DNA of 64,000 nt from Thermococcus sp. JdFR-02. Its GTDB lineage: Archaea; Methanobacteriota_B; Thermococci; Thermococcales; Thermococcaceae. The stretch lies in contig MTLP01000022.1 of assembly GCA_002009975.1 (NCBI GenBank), positions 1 through 64,000 on the forward strand. Reading direction: 5' to 3'. The notes beneath the pieces were generated by a model. That model was not told where the DNA came from and ran no database searches. It saw only the letters and a program-made list of their open reading frames with translations. This document shows positions 20,666 to 29,172 of the stretch, one piece after another; within the stretch, counting starts at the first letter, position 1; each line of letters opens with the position of its first letter. The position numbers and the translations under genes are program-made.

Positions 20666-20875
20666 TTAACCGCCTGAGACAACTGGTATTACTTCAACGT
20701 AATCCCCATCTTTTATTTTAGCATCTTCTAGGGCAACTTTCCCATTAACCTTGGCTATGGCACTTTCTGTGTTGAATCCAACTAATTTTAAGATATCCTT
20801 AACTTTCAATCCCTCTCTAAATTCAAGCTCCCTCTCAATGTTTCTTCCGATGACCTTGACCTTTATCATAAACAC
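20666..20875 (-). CDS. Ubiquitin-like SAMP/ThiS/MoaD protein
   Basis: Beta-grasp size, C-terminal IPVVSGG. Confidence 0.9.
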   Translation of the reverse strand: MFMIKVKVIGRNIERELEFREGLKVKDILKLVGFNTESAIAKVNGKVALEDAKIKDGDYVEVIPVVSGG

Positions 20876-20907
20876 TCCCTCCCATTGATGATTTGAAATA
20901 AAAGGTA

Positions 20908-20985
20908 TGGCGCCCCGGCGGGGATTTGAACCCCGGACCTTGAGGTCCGCAGCCTCACGCCCTATCCAGACTAGGCCACCGGGGC
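20908..20985 (-). tRNA. tRNA-Arg(GCG)
   Basis: GCCCCGG...CCGGGGCGCCA acceptor, anticodon arm TGAGG-CT-GCG-GA-CCTCA, GGTTCAAATCC T arm. Confidence 0.97.
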
Positions 20986-21065
20986 ATCCAAATGAAGTTT
21001 CCAGGATTTGCTTATAAATTTTGCCTATGGTCTTTATTTAGCTTTTAAGCCTTTTAAGAGAAAGG

Positions 21066-21080
21066 CGAAAAACTTATAAA
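21066..21080 (+). promoter_or_regulatory. BRE/TATA promoter of tRNA-Gly
   Basis: CGAAAAACTTATAAA about 35 nt upstream of the tRNA. Confidence 0.7.
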
Positions 21081-21099
21081 CCTTCTTTTTTCCTAATAT

Positions 21100-21399
21100 C
21101 TATCGGCAGTTATGCGGTGGTAGTCTAGCCTGGCCTAGGACAGCGGCCTGCCACGCCGCGGGCCCGGGTTCAAATCCCGGCCACCGCACCACCACTAATT
21201 TTTCAAGCCTTGAGAGAGCATCTTCTTGCGAAACTATTCCTGCAAGAACCATATTAACCACCCGCGAGAGATTATAACCTCTGCGCCTAACTTCCGCGAC
21301 CAAATCCTCATAAAGGTACAAATGAACACGTTTCTTTCGCCTTGTTTCAGCTTTAACTCCCGAATGAGAGCCGCTATTTTTATGCCCACGTTTGCCCAT
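21100..21399 (-). CDS. Integrase N-terminal fragment int(N)
   Basis: Shares VVRWPGFEPGPAAWQ (att read antisense) with int(C); RHH-like KKRVHLYLYEDLVAEVRRRGYNLSRVVN. Confidence 0.88.
   Translation of the reverse strand: MGKRGHKNSGSHSGVKAETRRKKRVHLYLYEDLVAEVRRRGYNLSRVVNMVLAGIVSQEDALSRLEKLVVVRWPGFEPGPAAWQAAVLGQARLPPHNCR
21114..21191 (+). tRNA. tRNA-Gly(GCC), provirus integration target
   Basis: GCGGTGG...CCACCGCACCA, anticodon arm GCGGC-CT-GCC-AC-GCCGC. Confidence 0.97.
21147..21192 (+). repeat. attL, 46 bp (tRNA-Gly 3' half from the anticodon arm)
   Basis: CCTGCCACGCCGCGGGCCCGGGTTCAAATCCCGGCCACCGCACCAC identical to 44840-44885. Confidence 0.97.
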
Positions 21400-21455
21400 T
21401 TTGACCCACTACTATTCCTGTCTATATTATAATATATGAACATTTGGAGTTCACC

Positions 21456-21776
21456 TCATGCTTTAAGCCATTCCCAATAGATCCTACCTAGTTTTATTGT
21501 CCTGGAACCAAAGGCTTTAGAAAAAGCGATGTAATCTTTCCCGTTTATGATAACCCTCTCAAGGATTCCGAGCTCTTCGAGGCGTTTGATCATGTTGTAA
21601 ACCTGTCTGTCTGAAATGTTGCTTACTTCCGCGACTTCTTGAACAAATCTTTTTAAGTTTCCAAGGAAGAGTTTACCGTTGTGCTCTATTTTTAACTTCT
21701 CGAGCAAGTTTTCATACGCCAGCTTGTTGCCTTTTATCATTCCATACTCAAATGCTTTATCTAACCATGAAGTCAT
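21456..21776 (-). CDS. Viral winged-helix DNA-binding protein
   Basis: ISDRQVYNMIKRLEELGILERV wHTH; GGGTGA RBS. Confidence 0.75.
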   Translation of the reverse strand: MTSWLDKAFEYGMIKGNKLAYENLLEKLKIEHNGKLFLGNLKRFVQEVAEVSNISDRQVYNMIKRLEELGILERVIINGKDYIAFSKAFGSRTIKLGRIYWEWLKA

Positions 21777-21786
21777 ATTTTCACCC

Positions 21787-21892
21787 GTGAAATGTTTTTT
21801 TCATAAAGCTATTTCTCAAGGACAAAAGAAGCTTTCTCATGCCTTTTTTCTTCAAAGTTGCATGAGTGCTATAGTGAAATAAAGATTTCATA
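21787..21892. promoter_or_regulatory. Two GTGAAAT-N5-TTTCATA operator-like palindromes upstream of the wHTH gene
   Basis: 21787-21805 next to RBS; 21874-21892 abutting minus-strand TATA at ~21891-21900. Confidence 0.6.
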
Positions 21893-21972
21893 TTTATAAA
21901 CCCCTTACCATACAGGCTTGCTTGAGCATCAAGGAAATATTCTGAAAAATTAAGGCACAATTGTGCCACGGC

Positions 21973-22281
21973 TCAAGCCTCCTCTTCAATGCAAGGTTCA
22001 TTATAATAATAGCATTGTAAATCTTTGATGAATCTTCTAAGGAACTCATCTTTCTTGCTTGCTTCAACAAGTACTGCTCCTGCAATAAGAAGCTCTTCAG
22101 GAATGCTGAGTGAAATTTCCCCTTGGCTAACACTGAAAAGCCAGACATCAGCCCCATAAGTCAATTCAACTGCAACTTCCAATTCTTTTCCTTTGAATCG
22201 TATCTTCGCTAATACAATCACCTCATTCTCTAAATCAACCTCAACTTTCTTAACCTCTAAAACCTTCACCAAACCCATCAA
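21973..22281 (-). CDS. Viral hypothetical protein
   Basis: GGGGGTGG RBS; in early-gene run. Confidence 0.7.
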   Translation of the reverse strand: MMGLVKVLEVKKVEVDLENEVIVLAKIRFKGKELEVAVELTYGADVWLFSVSQGEISLSIPEELLIAGAVLVEASKKDEFLRRFIKDLQCYYYNEPCIEEEA

Positions 22282-22297
22282 ACCACCCCCTTTGCTT

Positions 22298-22447
22298 TTA
22301 TATTAACAAAACAATACCAAAGAAAGCGTCAAAATTGAAGAGATGAACATTGTTCAATTTTGTAATTAAGCGTGTGCTAAGATCTCTCCCTTTACTCACT
22401 CTATCCTGTACATCTATGTCCATTGATTTTGAACATTGTTCAATCAT
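22298..22447 (-). CDS. Possible 49-aa viral ORF (not in track)
   Basis: MIEQCSKSMDIDVQDRVSKGRDLSTRLITKLNNVHLFNFDAFFGIVLLI; TGATG coupling to upstream gene. Confidence 0.45.
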   Translation of the reverse strand: MIEQCSKSMDIDVQDRVSKGRDLSTRLITKLNNVHLFNFDAFFGIVLLI

Positions 22448-23034
22448 CAAACTACCCCCTTAAAGAGAAGCTTGAAAGTATCAACAACTTCTTCTGGTTT
22501 CATCTTAACAACAAAATCTTTCTCAATAACTGCATATCTATCTCTTGAAATTCCCTTTCCCCTGACCTCTGATCTTGGAACAACTCTGCTTGCATTGAAC
22601 AAATAGAACTCCTCCCACTCAACATTAACAAAATAGTATAAATCCCTGTTCAAAAGCCTTGAAAGATAGTAAAGTGTCTCAAACTGAGCCCAATTAACAG
22701 TAAGCTTTAAGCCCTTAGTTGTATAAGCATGCTTAAACTTCAGCTCGAAAAAGCCAAGATAACGTTTCCTCCTCCCATTATCCATAACCAAGACAGGAAT
22801 TGCATCAATATCATACATGATCAAGTTATGAGGAAACAGCTGCCTCATGACTGCTGAAAACAAAAGCTTGTTCTGAGCATCATTAAGCTGATTAACGAGA
22901 AAACGCTTAAGTTTCTCATCCTTTATAGTCTCATTTATATACTCCTTTACCGCTTCTATCTCCTCAATAGGCTTTGCCCTAAACTCATTACGAGAAAGCT
23001 GAGAAGAATAAAACGAAAGAACTTGCTTCCTCAT
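22447..23034 (-). CDS. Viral PD-(D/E)XK nuclease-like protein (resolvase-like)
   Basis: YDIDA...GFFELK and downstream Q (WAQFETL). Confidence 0.65.
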   Translation of the reverse strand: MRKQVLSFYSSQLSRNEFRAKPIEEIEAVKEYINETIKDEKLKRFLVNQLNDAQNKLLFSAVMRQLFPHNLIMYDIDAIPVLVMDNGRRKRYLGFFELKFKHAYTTKGLKLTVNWAQFETLYYLSRLLNRDLYYFVNVEWEEFYLFNASRVVPRSEVRGKGISRDRYAVIEKDFVVKMKPEEVVDTFKLLFKGVV

Positions 23035-23348
23035 AAGACTCCCACCTCACCTTGAGATTCGAAGATTTCCTCGACATGGTCCATGTCGAAGATTCCTTCG
23101 TCTCCAGGTCCTACTGTCGAAGATTCCTTCGAACTTCCTGGAGTCGAAAGTTTCTTAGACACTTGACTCAGCCACTTCAAGAACTCAATAATAGCTTCAC
23201 CCTTCTTCTCACTGATCTCAAATTCATCCCCTGTCCCATAATTCACGTAAGCTATCCACTTATGCCTCTTACTGTCATAATAGAAACTGATCTTCTCAAT
23301 CTTGCTTATATCAATCCCAAACTCACGCCACTCAACAACTACTTTCAT
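23031..23348 (-). CDS. Viral hypothetical protein
   Basis: ATGA-coupled within early operon. Confidence 0.75.
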   Translation of the reverse strand: MKVVVEWREFGIDISKIEKISFYYDSKRHKWIAYVNYGTGDEFEISEKKGEAIIEFLKWLSQVSKKLSTPGSSKESSTVGPGDEGIFDMDHVEEIFESQGEVGVL

Positions 23349-23857
23349 GCCCTCACCTCCTGGACCTTCAGCTCTCCAGTCTCGACGTTCAAAACATTCC
23401 TGACAACCCTAACCTTCCACCTATCCCAACTCCTGGAGATCCATGTTCCTGTTGAGCCCTCATTCCTCTTCCACAAGATTGCCGTTACCTTGAACTCTTT
23501 CCCATCAAAGCTCTCAAAAACAAGCCAGGCTCTAAGCTTTGCAACACCACTAGAGCGATAGCCATAATAGATTGCCTCCGCAAAAATAGGAGCGTATCTA
23601 ATGATAATCTTCCTCTTTCTCTTTCCTTTAAGCTGCAGAAATTCCCTATTGTTCCACTTCTTGAACTTTTTAAATTCTATATCAACCTCTGGTGGTTTGA
23701 ACTCTCTAACCCCAAGTTCTGGTAAAGAAAAGTCGTAGTGGGCAAAGAAGCTTCTGAGCTGCTCATATTCTGCTTTAGTTATGAAACGAGGCATATTGTA
23801 TGGTGGAATTATAAATTTGACATCACCAACCCTGACAACAACAGCAGCTTCGCTCAT
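23345..23857 (-). CDS. Viral hypothetical protein (basic, Trp-rich)
   Basis: ATGA-coupled; GGGGTGA RBS. Confidence 0.75.
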   Translation of the reverse strand: MSEAAVVVRVGDVKFIIPPYNMPRFITKAEYEQLRSFFAHYDFSLPELGVREFKPPEVDIEFKKFKKWNNREFLQLKGKRKRKIIIRYAPIFAEAIYYGYRSSGVAKLRAWLVFESFDGKEFKVTAILWKRNEGSTGTWISRSWDRWKVRVVRNVLNVETGELKVQEVRA

Positions 23858-24231
23858 CCTTTCACCCCCACTTTGATGATGGGAACCTCAGGAACTTCGG
23901 TTTCTGGAATTTGATAACGAGATACGAGAATAGCCTTCTCCTCTTTGCTCCAATGTGCGTGGGCAAGGGATTGCAATTTGGTGAGAATCTCTTTATATTT
24001 TTTATAAGGAACCTTTTGCCTAAGCCTTATTTTGTAGTATTTCCCATCAATAATTATTTTCACAGGCACGTCAAGGCTTTTAAGGACCTGCTTAACACGC
24101 TCAAGCTCCAGAACCTCAGCTTTCCCTGGCACCTCGTCATCATCAATAAGAACCTGAATCTGCTGAGCCTCCCACCTAGCTTTAGCCTCCTCAAACTTAG
24201 AAAGATGTTTAACTTTGGTCCGACCTTTCAT
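23854..24231 (-). CDS. Viral hypothetical protein
   Basis: AGGAGGTGA RBS; directly downstream of mcm. Confidence 0.75.
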   Translation of the reverse strand: MKGRTKVKHLSKFEEAKARWEAQQIQVLIDDDEVPGKAEVLELERVKQVLKSLDVPVKIIIDGKYYKIRLRQKVPYKKYKEILTKLQSLAHAHWSKEEKAILVSRYQIPETEVPEVPIIKVGVKG

Positions 24232-24235
24232 TCTT

Positions 24236-27025
24236 TCACCTCCTTAAAGTTGGAATAAAAACATCCGCGCGAATCTCCATTATTTCACCCTCTTTTTTCA
24301 AAATCTCCAAAATTTTATCTAAATCTCTCCTTGTAAGACCCTCTTGCCTCACTTTCTCAAGAACATGCTCATATGTTGCTTCACCTTTTTCTCTGTAAAG
24401 CCTAACAATTACATCCTTCACAATCTCATCATACTGAGCAACCTTCGAAGAAACACCCGCAACTAGATAATTCACATCAGGTAGTCCAGTTTCAGGATCA
24501 CGGAGCGTTGTATTGTACATAAACTCCATAAGCATAATTGCAACTCTTGCATCTTCAACTGTAACAACGTCACTTAATCTCATTCTTGCAGCAGCTTGAG
24601 CTAATCTGATCAAAGCCTCAGCTTGCCTTGCCGTTGCCGTTGTTATATCTTGAACACGCATGCCTTCAGCTTCATTTCGCAAAACCTTCTTGAACAAGTT
24701 CCTAAGATTGAGATATGCCTTCTCAAGCTCTTTTTCAGCCTCTTTTGAGAGTCTCGGAAAAACATGCTTTCTAGCATATGCAACATATTTCCGCAAAAGC
24801 TCTGGAGAAATTTTAGGCTTAACAACCTCAGTATCACCACTCCTAATCTTTGCAATATGTCTAAAAATCTCACGATCTTTCTTGTCATCAGGATCATCTA
24901 AAATCGTGAAGATTAAATCAAACCTGCTAAGGATCGTTGGAGGAAGTTTTATCTGCTCAACAATTGGTTTATAGCGGTTGAATCTTCCATGCTTTGGATT
25001 AGCTGCAGCAATAACTGTAGTTCTTGTGTTTATGATAGTCGTGATTCCCCCTTTACTGATACCCACCCTTTGCTGTTCCATTGCCTCATGGATCTTGTTC
25101 CTATCCTCTTCACTCATCTTATCCAGCTCATCTAAGAACGCGAAGCCTCCATCAGCAATTGTCAAAACACCAGCTTCAATAATCCAACCACCAGAAACAT
25201 CATCTCTGACTGCAACTGCAATCAGGCTCTTACCGGTTGAGTTTGGAGCGCTGGTGTAAATGCTTCTCGGGGCTTTACTAGCTGCTTGCGCGAGTATTGT
25301 AGATTTAGCAGTTCCCGGATCGCCAACAAGAAGAATATGAATATCTCCCCTAAGCCAAGTTCCATCAGGCAACTCTACTGGAACTCCTCCAAACAAAGCT
25401 AAAGCGAGACCAAGCTTAACTTCCTTCATACCCTTCGTCGCAGGAGCTATAGAATCAATAATATCGTCAATAAGTGTTGGACTCTGAGCAAGCTTTTTAA
25501 TTTTCATTTCATCCTCCGGAGTGATTTCAATATCTTCAAAAGAGGCAAACTCAGAGATAATGTTATTCACAATCAAAGCTTTTTCCTTGATTGGAAGCTT
25601 TGTAGCCTTTGAAGAATCAGCCCTAAGTCTGAGAATACCTACAAGGGTAATCCTATCTCCAGGTCTCACTTTATCAACCAAATCACCAAGAACAATGGCA
25701 TCAACGTGCCTTGGCAATTCACCACCAGACAGTTGTTCAGGTTTATCTTGGATCCTGATCCTCTGAGCATTCACAAACTCGCTCTTATCCTCATCTAAAA
25801 CCATATCCTTACTTCCACAATCGGTGCACCTAGATGGCTTTACCATAAAAGTAAAAGGCTTTTGAATGCGAATCATTTCATGACCACATTGCTTGCAGAC
25901 AAAGACTGCTTTCCTTACAAATGGCTGAATCGCTGATATTCTTGAAACAACGCCCTCCACTTGGATAAAACGATTGATATGATTAGAACCAATTTGTCTT
26001 GGCATTAAAGTCTCTGGTAGATTGTAAAAGCGGACTTGAATATCAAGAACTTCTCTTGAATCCTCTGGAATACCCAACTCATCTTGAATCTCCTCTATGG
26101 CTACTCTCAAGCCATCCTGAGCTGCAAGTAATGCCTCCTCAGGATCCTTAAGAACAGCCCTAGCGGTATTTGGACATGCAGCATTCAAATGCTTCCAATC
26201 AACATCAATAGCCTTAATAGGCAAAGTAGTCAAAGCCTCAATAATCTTATCACGATAAATCAGCTTATCTTTTCCATCAAAACGGACAGAATAACTCTTA
26301 AAGAAATCTGCAAAAGCCCTAATCATCTCTTCCCTTTCCCTACCATCAGCTAAAGCCTTTGCTTCTTTGAGCTGCTCCCTTTGAAGCAAAACCATCAACT
26401 GCTCATCAATATCCCTACGAACATCATCAAGAAGCCTATAGTACAGTGTTTTTCTAATCTCAGTTGGTTGAACAATGTCAGTATTATTAAGAACTCTTGA
26501 AATAGCCTGAGATAGTGTAGTAGATGTATATCTATTACCCAAGGATTGATTGATCTTTTTGGTTTTATCTTCTATTGTCTCTCTATCATAGAATTTCTCT
26601 TTACCATCTTCATGTGAAGGAAGAGTATAAAGAGCTAAAATTGGTATAGCTTCATTTGGTCTTCTTAGGTCAATTGCCTTTTTTACAGCTTCAATTAATA
26701 TCTCAAAGTCTTTTGCATTGTTTTGCATTTGGATTTGCAGTTTTGCATTGTTTTGCATTTGGGATGCAAAATGTGAGAAGTCTTTATTTTGAATTTGCAT
26801 GTCTTGCAAAGTTGGAAAATTATCTTTTTGCACAATTTCTTTATTGTTTACAATATTCTCTAGTTCTTGAACTGTGATGAAGTCTTTTTCAGAATAGCCA
26901 AATTTGAGCATTAGGTAATGTCTCAGTGCAAGATCCTGGATCTTCTTAACCTGCACTCTCTGAATCCCCATGTCTTTTAAGAACTGTAAGTACTCTTTTC
27001 CAATTTCAGCACTCATAAAAATCAC
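24236..27025 (-). CDS. mcm: Viral MCM replicative helicase with ~230-aa N-terminal extension
   Basis: CKQC..CTDC zinc finger, GDPGTAKS, LDELDKM, AAANP, SRFD, C-terminal wHTH. Confidence 0.95.
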   Translation of the reverse strand: MIFMSAEIGKEYLQFLKDMGIQRVQVKKIQDLALRHYLMLKFGYSEKDFITVQELENIVNNKEIVQKDNFPTLQDMQIQNKDFSHFASQMQNNAKLQIQMQNNAKDFEILIEAVKKAIDLRRPNEAIPILALYTLPSHEDGKEKFYDRETIEDKTKKINQSLGNRYTSTTLSQAISRVLNNTDIVQPTEIRKTLYYRLLDDVRRDIDEQLMVLLQREQLKEAKALADGREREEMIRAFADFFKSYSVRFDGKDKLIYRDKIIEALTTLPIKAIDVDWKHLNAACPNTARAVLKDPEEALLAAQDGLRVAIEEIQDELGIPEDSREVLDIQVRFYNLPETLMPRQIGSNHINRFIQVEGVVSRISAIQPFVRKAVFVCKQCGHEMIRIQKPFTFMVKPSRCTDCGSKDMVLDEDKSEFVNAQRIRIQDKPEQLSGGELPRHVDAIVLGDLVDKVRPGDRITLVGILRLRADSSKATKLPIKEKALIVNNIISEFASFEDIEITPEDEMKIKKLAQSPTLIDDIIDSIAPATKGMKEVKLGLALALFGGVPVELPDGTWLRGDIHILLVGDPGTAKSTILAQAASKAPRSIYTSAPNSTGKSLIAVAVRDDVSGGWIIEAGVLTIADGGFAFLDELDKMSEEDRNKIHEAMEQQRVGISKGGITTIINTRTTVIAAANPKHGRFNRYKPIVEQIKLPPTILSRFDLIFTILDDPDDKKDREIFRHIAKIRSGDTEVVKPKISPELLRKYVAYARKHVFPRLSKEAEKELEKAYLNLRNLFKKVLRNEAEGMRVQDITTATARQAEALIRLAQAAARMRLSDVVTVEDARVAIMLMEFMYNTTLRDPETGLPDVNYLVAGVSSKVAQYDEIVKDVIVRLYREKGEATYEHVLEKVRQEGLTRRDLDKILEILKKEGEIMEIRADVFIPTLRR
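26699..26881 (-). repeat. Iteron-like TGCAAA array inside mcm (putative origin)
   Basis: TTTTGCATTG/TTTTGCATTT at ~10-bp period 26711-26760 plus further TGCA palindromes; encodes QMQNNAK twice. Confidence 0.7.
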
Positions 27026-27333
27026 CGAGAAGAGTGATAGTCAAGAATTTCCACTTGTACAATATCCCCAAAATTTATCCCTAGCTTTTCTCTAATATCT
27101 TTAGGGATAACTATTAGTCCTCTGTCCTCTAAACGTTCAGAAATGGTGGCATATTTTCCAACTACTGGTTTCTTTTTAACAATCTTTGTAATTTTTGCCA
27201 CTCTACATTTTATGTAATCTCCCCTAGTTAGATTAAGAAGTTCTCTAGTGCTCTTTGGAATTACTATTCTGCCACCTTTTACAACTCTTGTGTGATATTT
27301 TACGATTGGAGTTCTATCCTCCATTGCTATCAC
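27022..27333 (-). CDS. AbrB/MazE/SpoVT-type DNA-binding protein (two swapped hairpins)
   Basis: GGRIVIPKSTRELLNL..GD and RGLIVIPKDIREKLGI..GD. Confidence 0.9.
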   Translation of the reverse strand: MIAMEDRTPIVKYHTRVVKGGRIVIPKSTRELLNLTRGDYIKCRVAKITKIVKKKPVVGKYATISERLEDRGLIVIPKDIREKLGINFGDIVQVEILDYHSSR

Positions 27334-27349
27334 CCGAATAATTCCTATT

Positions 27350-27457
27350 ATGTGATTAAATCACATTATTTAAATACTTTTCGGTTAGTGAAAATTACAC
27401 ATATCAAAAATCATAAATAATATGCGTGAGAATTTCATAATATCATGATAAAATCAC
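27350..27457. promoter_or_regulatory. Divergent promoter region with RTGA-N5-TCAY operators
   Basis: Palindrome ATGTGATT-A-AATCACAT 27350-27366; related sites at 27388, 27426, 27445; minus-strand BRE/TATA CGAAAAGTATTTAAATA. Confidence 0.7.
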
Positions 27458-27473
27458 AAATGGAGGGAGGATA

Positions 27474-27818
27474 ATGAGCGAATCTCAGGAATCTATTATT
27501 CGATATCATGCAAAAGTCACTAGTGGAGGTAGGATTATTATTCCTGATATAACCCGAAGGATATTGGGAATAAAGAAGGGTAACATTGTAAAACTAAAAG
27601 TTTCTAAGGTAGATAGTGTTAAAGAAAAAGAAAAGCGCGTGATAATAAGAACGGGTCCAGAAGTAATTTTTGAAGCAAAAGTTGGAAGTAGAGGCTTGAT
27701 TACTATTCCCGACAAAGCAAGAGAACTTCTTAAAATTTCAGATGGAGATTATGTAGAAGTGGAACTTCTAGACTATAAACCTGCCACTTTGGGACTTATA
27801 GAATTCCTCCGGACTTGA
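27474..27818 (+). CDS. AbrB/MazE/SpoVT-type DNA-binding protein, divergent paralog
   Basis: GGRIIIPDITRRILGIKKG and RGLITIPDKARELLKI..GD. Confidence 0.9.
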   Translation: MSESQESIIRYHAKVTSGGRIIIPDITRRILGIKKGNIVKLKVSKVDSVKEKEKRVIIRTGPEVIFEAKVGSRGLITIPDKARELLKISDGDYVEVELLDYKPATLGLIEFLRT

Positions 27819-27938
27819 ACAAAGAAGTTAATAAGTAAAGCTCTACTTAGGAAAAAATCAAAACCTTAAATAATTCTTCTCTTCAATGTGAAAAAGTTTA
27901 TATTTTGAGATGTTGTTTATTTTGTTTGGTGAATGTAA

Positions 27939-28226
27939 GTGCCGGAGTGTCCTTATTGTGGTAAGTGGTTTAAGACTAAGAGAGGTCTTGAACAGCATAT
28001 TACTAAGGTCCACAAGATTGATACTCCTTTTGGCAAGGCTTTGAATCCGGCATCGTTTGATTTTATGGGTAAGCTTAAGAGAGAGGAAGAGCGTGCTAAA
28101 AGGCGCCAGCAGAGGAAGAAATCTTCTGGTGGATTTGGTTTGGGATTTGGAGATCTTTTTGGATCATCGTCTGGTTCTAAAAAGAAGTCTAAGAAGAAAA
28201 AGAAGGGTCCGTTTGATTTCTTCTGA
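27939..28226 (+). CDS. C2H2 zinc-finger protein with basic tail (cargo)
   Basis: CPYCGKWFKTKRGLEQHITKVH. Confidence 0.8.
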   Translation: MPECPYCGKWFKTKRGLEQHITKVHKIDTPFGKALNPASFDFMGKLKREEERAKRRQQRKKSSGGFGLGFGDLFGSSSGSKKKSKKKKKGPFDFF

Positions 28227-28255
28227 TTGATTTTTGTATTGTTTGGTGATGTGAT

Positions 28256-29125
28256 ATGGGATTGAAGGATTTTCTTAAGAAAGCGGGAGAAGTCACGAAG
28301 AAGGCTGTGGATAGGGCAGCAAAGGAAGTGAAATGGCGTAGGAAAGTTGGTGAGGCAAAGAGGGAGATTCTCTCAAGGTTCACGGTCAAGCAGCTGGAGA
28401 GGATTGCTAATTCTAAAAGAATATCCCTTTATCGACAGGATCCATTTACGGGAGAGCGTGAACGTCTCCGCTCTAAGGGAGCAATTGTTGATAAGATTGC
28501 TTCTAATCTGAGCTTTCAGCAAGTTGTTGACTTGGCCAGGAGGTACAAGGTGAGATATTCCGACGTTGTTCAAGATCTTGAGAAGTTTAGGCAAGAGTTG
28601 TTTGAGGAAAAGCAGAGAAAGAGAGGGGAAGAGGAAATTCTGAGGGATATTTATGAAGTTGATGAGTTTGAAGAGGAATTTAGGAATGAATCTTCTAAAG
28701 TACTTGAGATGATAACTGAATTCGAACCAATGGGTATAGTGAGAGATGAAAAAGAGTTGAGAAATCAATTAGCTTCATGGCTTTCAGCCAAGCTTGGTAA
28801 GAGAGTTGTCAAGCTTGAATATCCATTTGAACACGGAAAAGTTGACATCCTTATTAAAGATGAGATAGCTATTGAAGTCAAAGTAGCAGACGGAAAACAA
28901 AAGTTGAAAAACCTTGTTGGGGAAGTTACAACTGACAAAATGTATTTCAGTAGTGTTATTGCAGTTATTTTTGATATTGGAAAGGATGTAGGGCTTGATT
29001 TCTTTGTTAATCAGTTGAAAGCCTTGGGTGCAATTACTGTTGTGATTCCTGCCCAAGTAAAGAAGAGTGGTCGTAGGCAGGAGATAGTTATTCGTCAGGG
29101 TCGGAGGAAGATAATTATTAGGTAG
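28256..29125 (+). CDS. Cargo protein with C-terminal PD-(D/E)XK nuclease domain
   Basis: EKELRNQL...EYPFEHGKVDILIKDEIAIEVK. Confidence 0.75.
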   Translation: MGLKDFLKKAGEVTKKAVDRAAKEVKWRRKVGEAKREILSRFTVKQLERIANSKRISLYRQDPFTGERERLRSKGAIVDKIASNLSFQQVVDLARRYKVRYSDVVQDLEKFRQELFEEKQRKRGEEEILRDIYEVDEFEEEFRNESSKVLEMITEFEPMGIVRDEKELRNQLASWLSAKLGKRVVKLEYPFEHGKVDILIKDEIAIEVKVADGKQKLKNLVGEVTTDKMYFSSVIAVIFDIGKDVGLDFFVNQLKALGAITVVIPAQVKKSGRRQEIVIRQGRRKIIIR

Positions 29126-29172
29126 TTTGGCAGGATACTCTGACAATCTTTTAGATAGTAGGTTGCCATGGG

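Noticed and set aside
24236-27025. Intein explaining the large MCM
   Set aside because: AAA+ motifs are contiguous, with no intein ends or LAGLIDADG motifs; the extra length is N-terminal.
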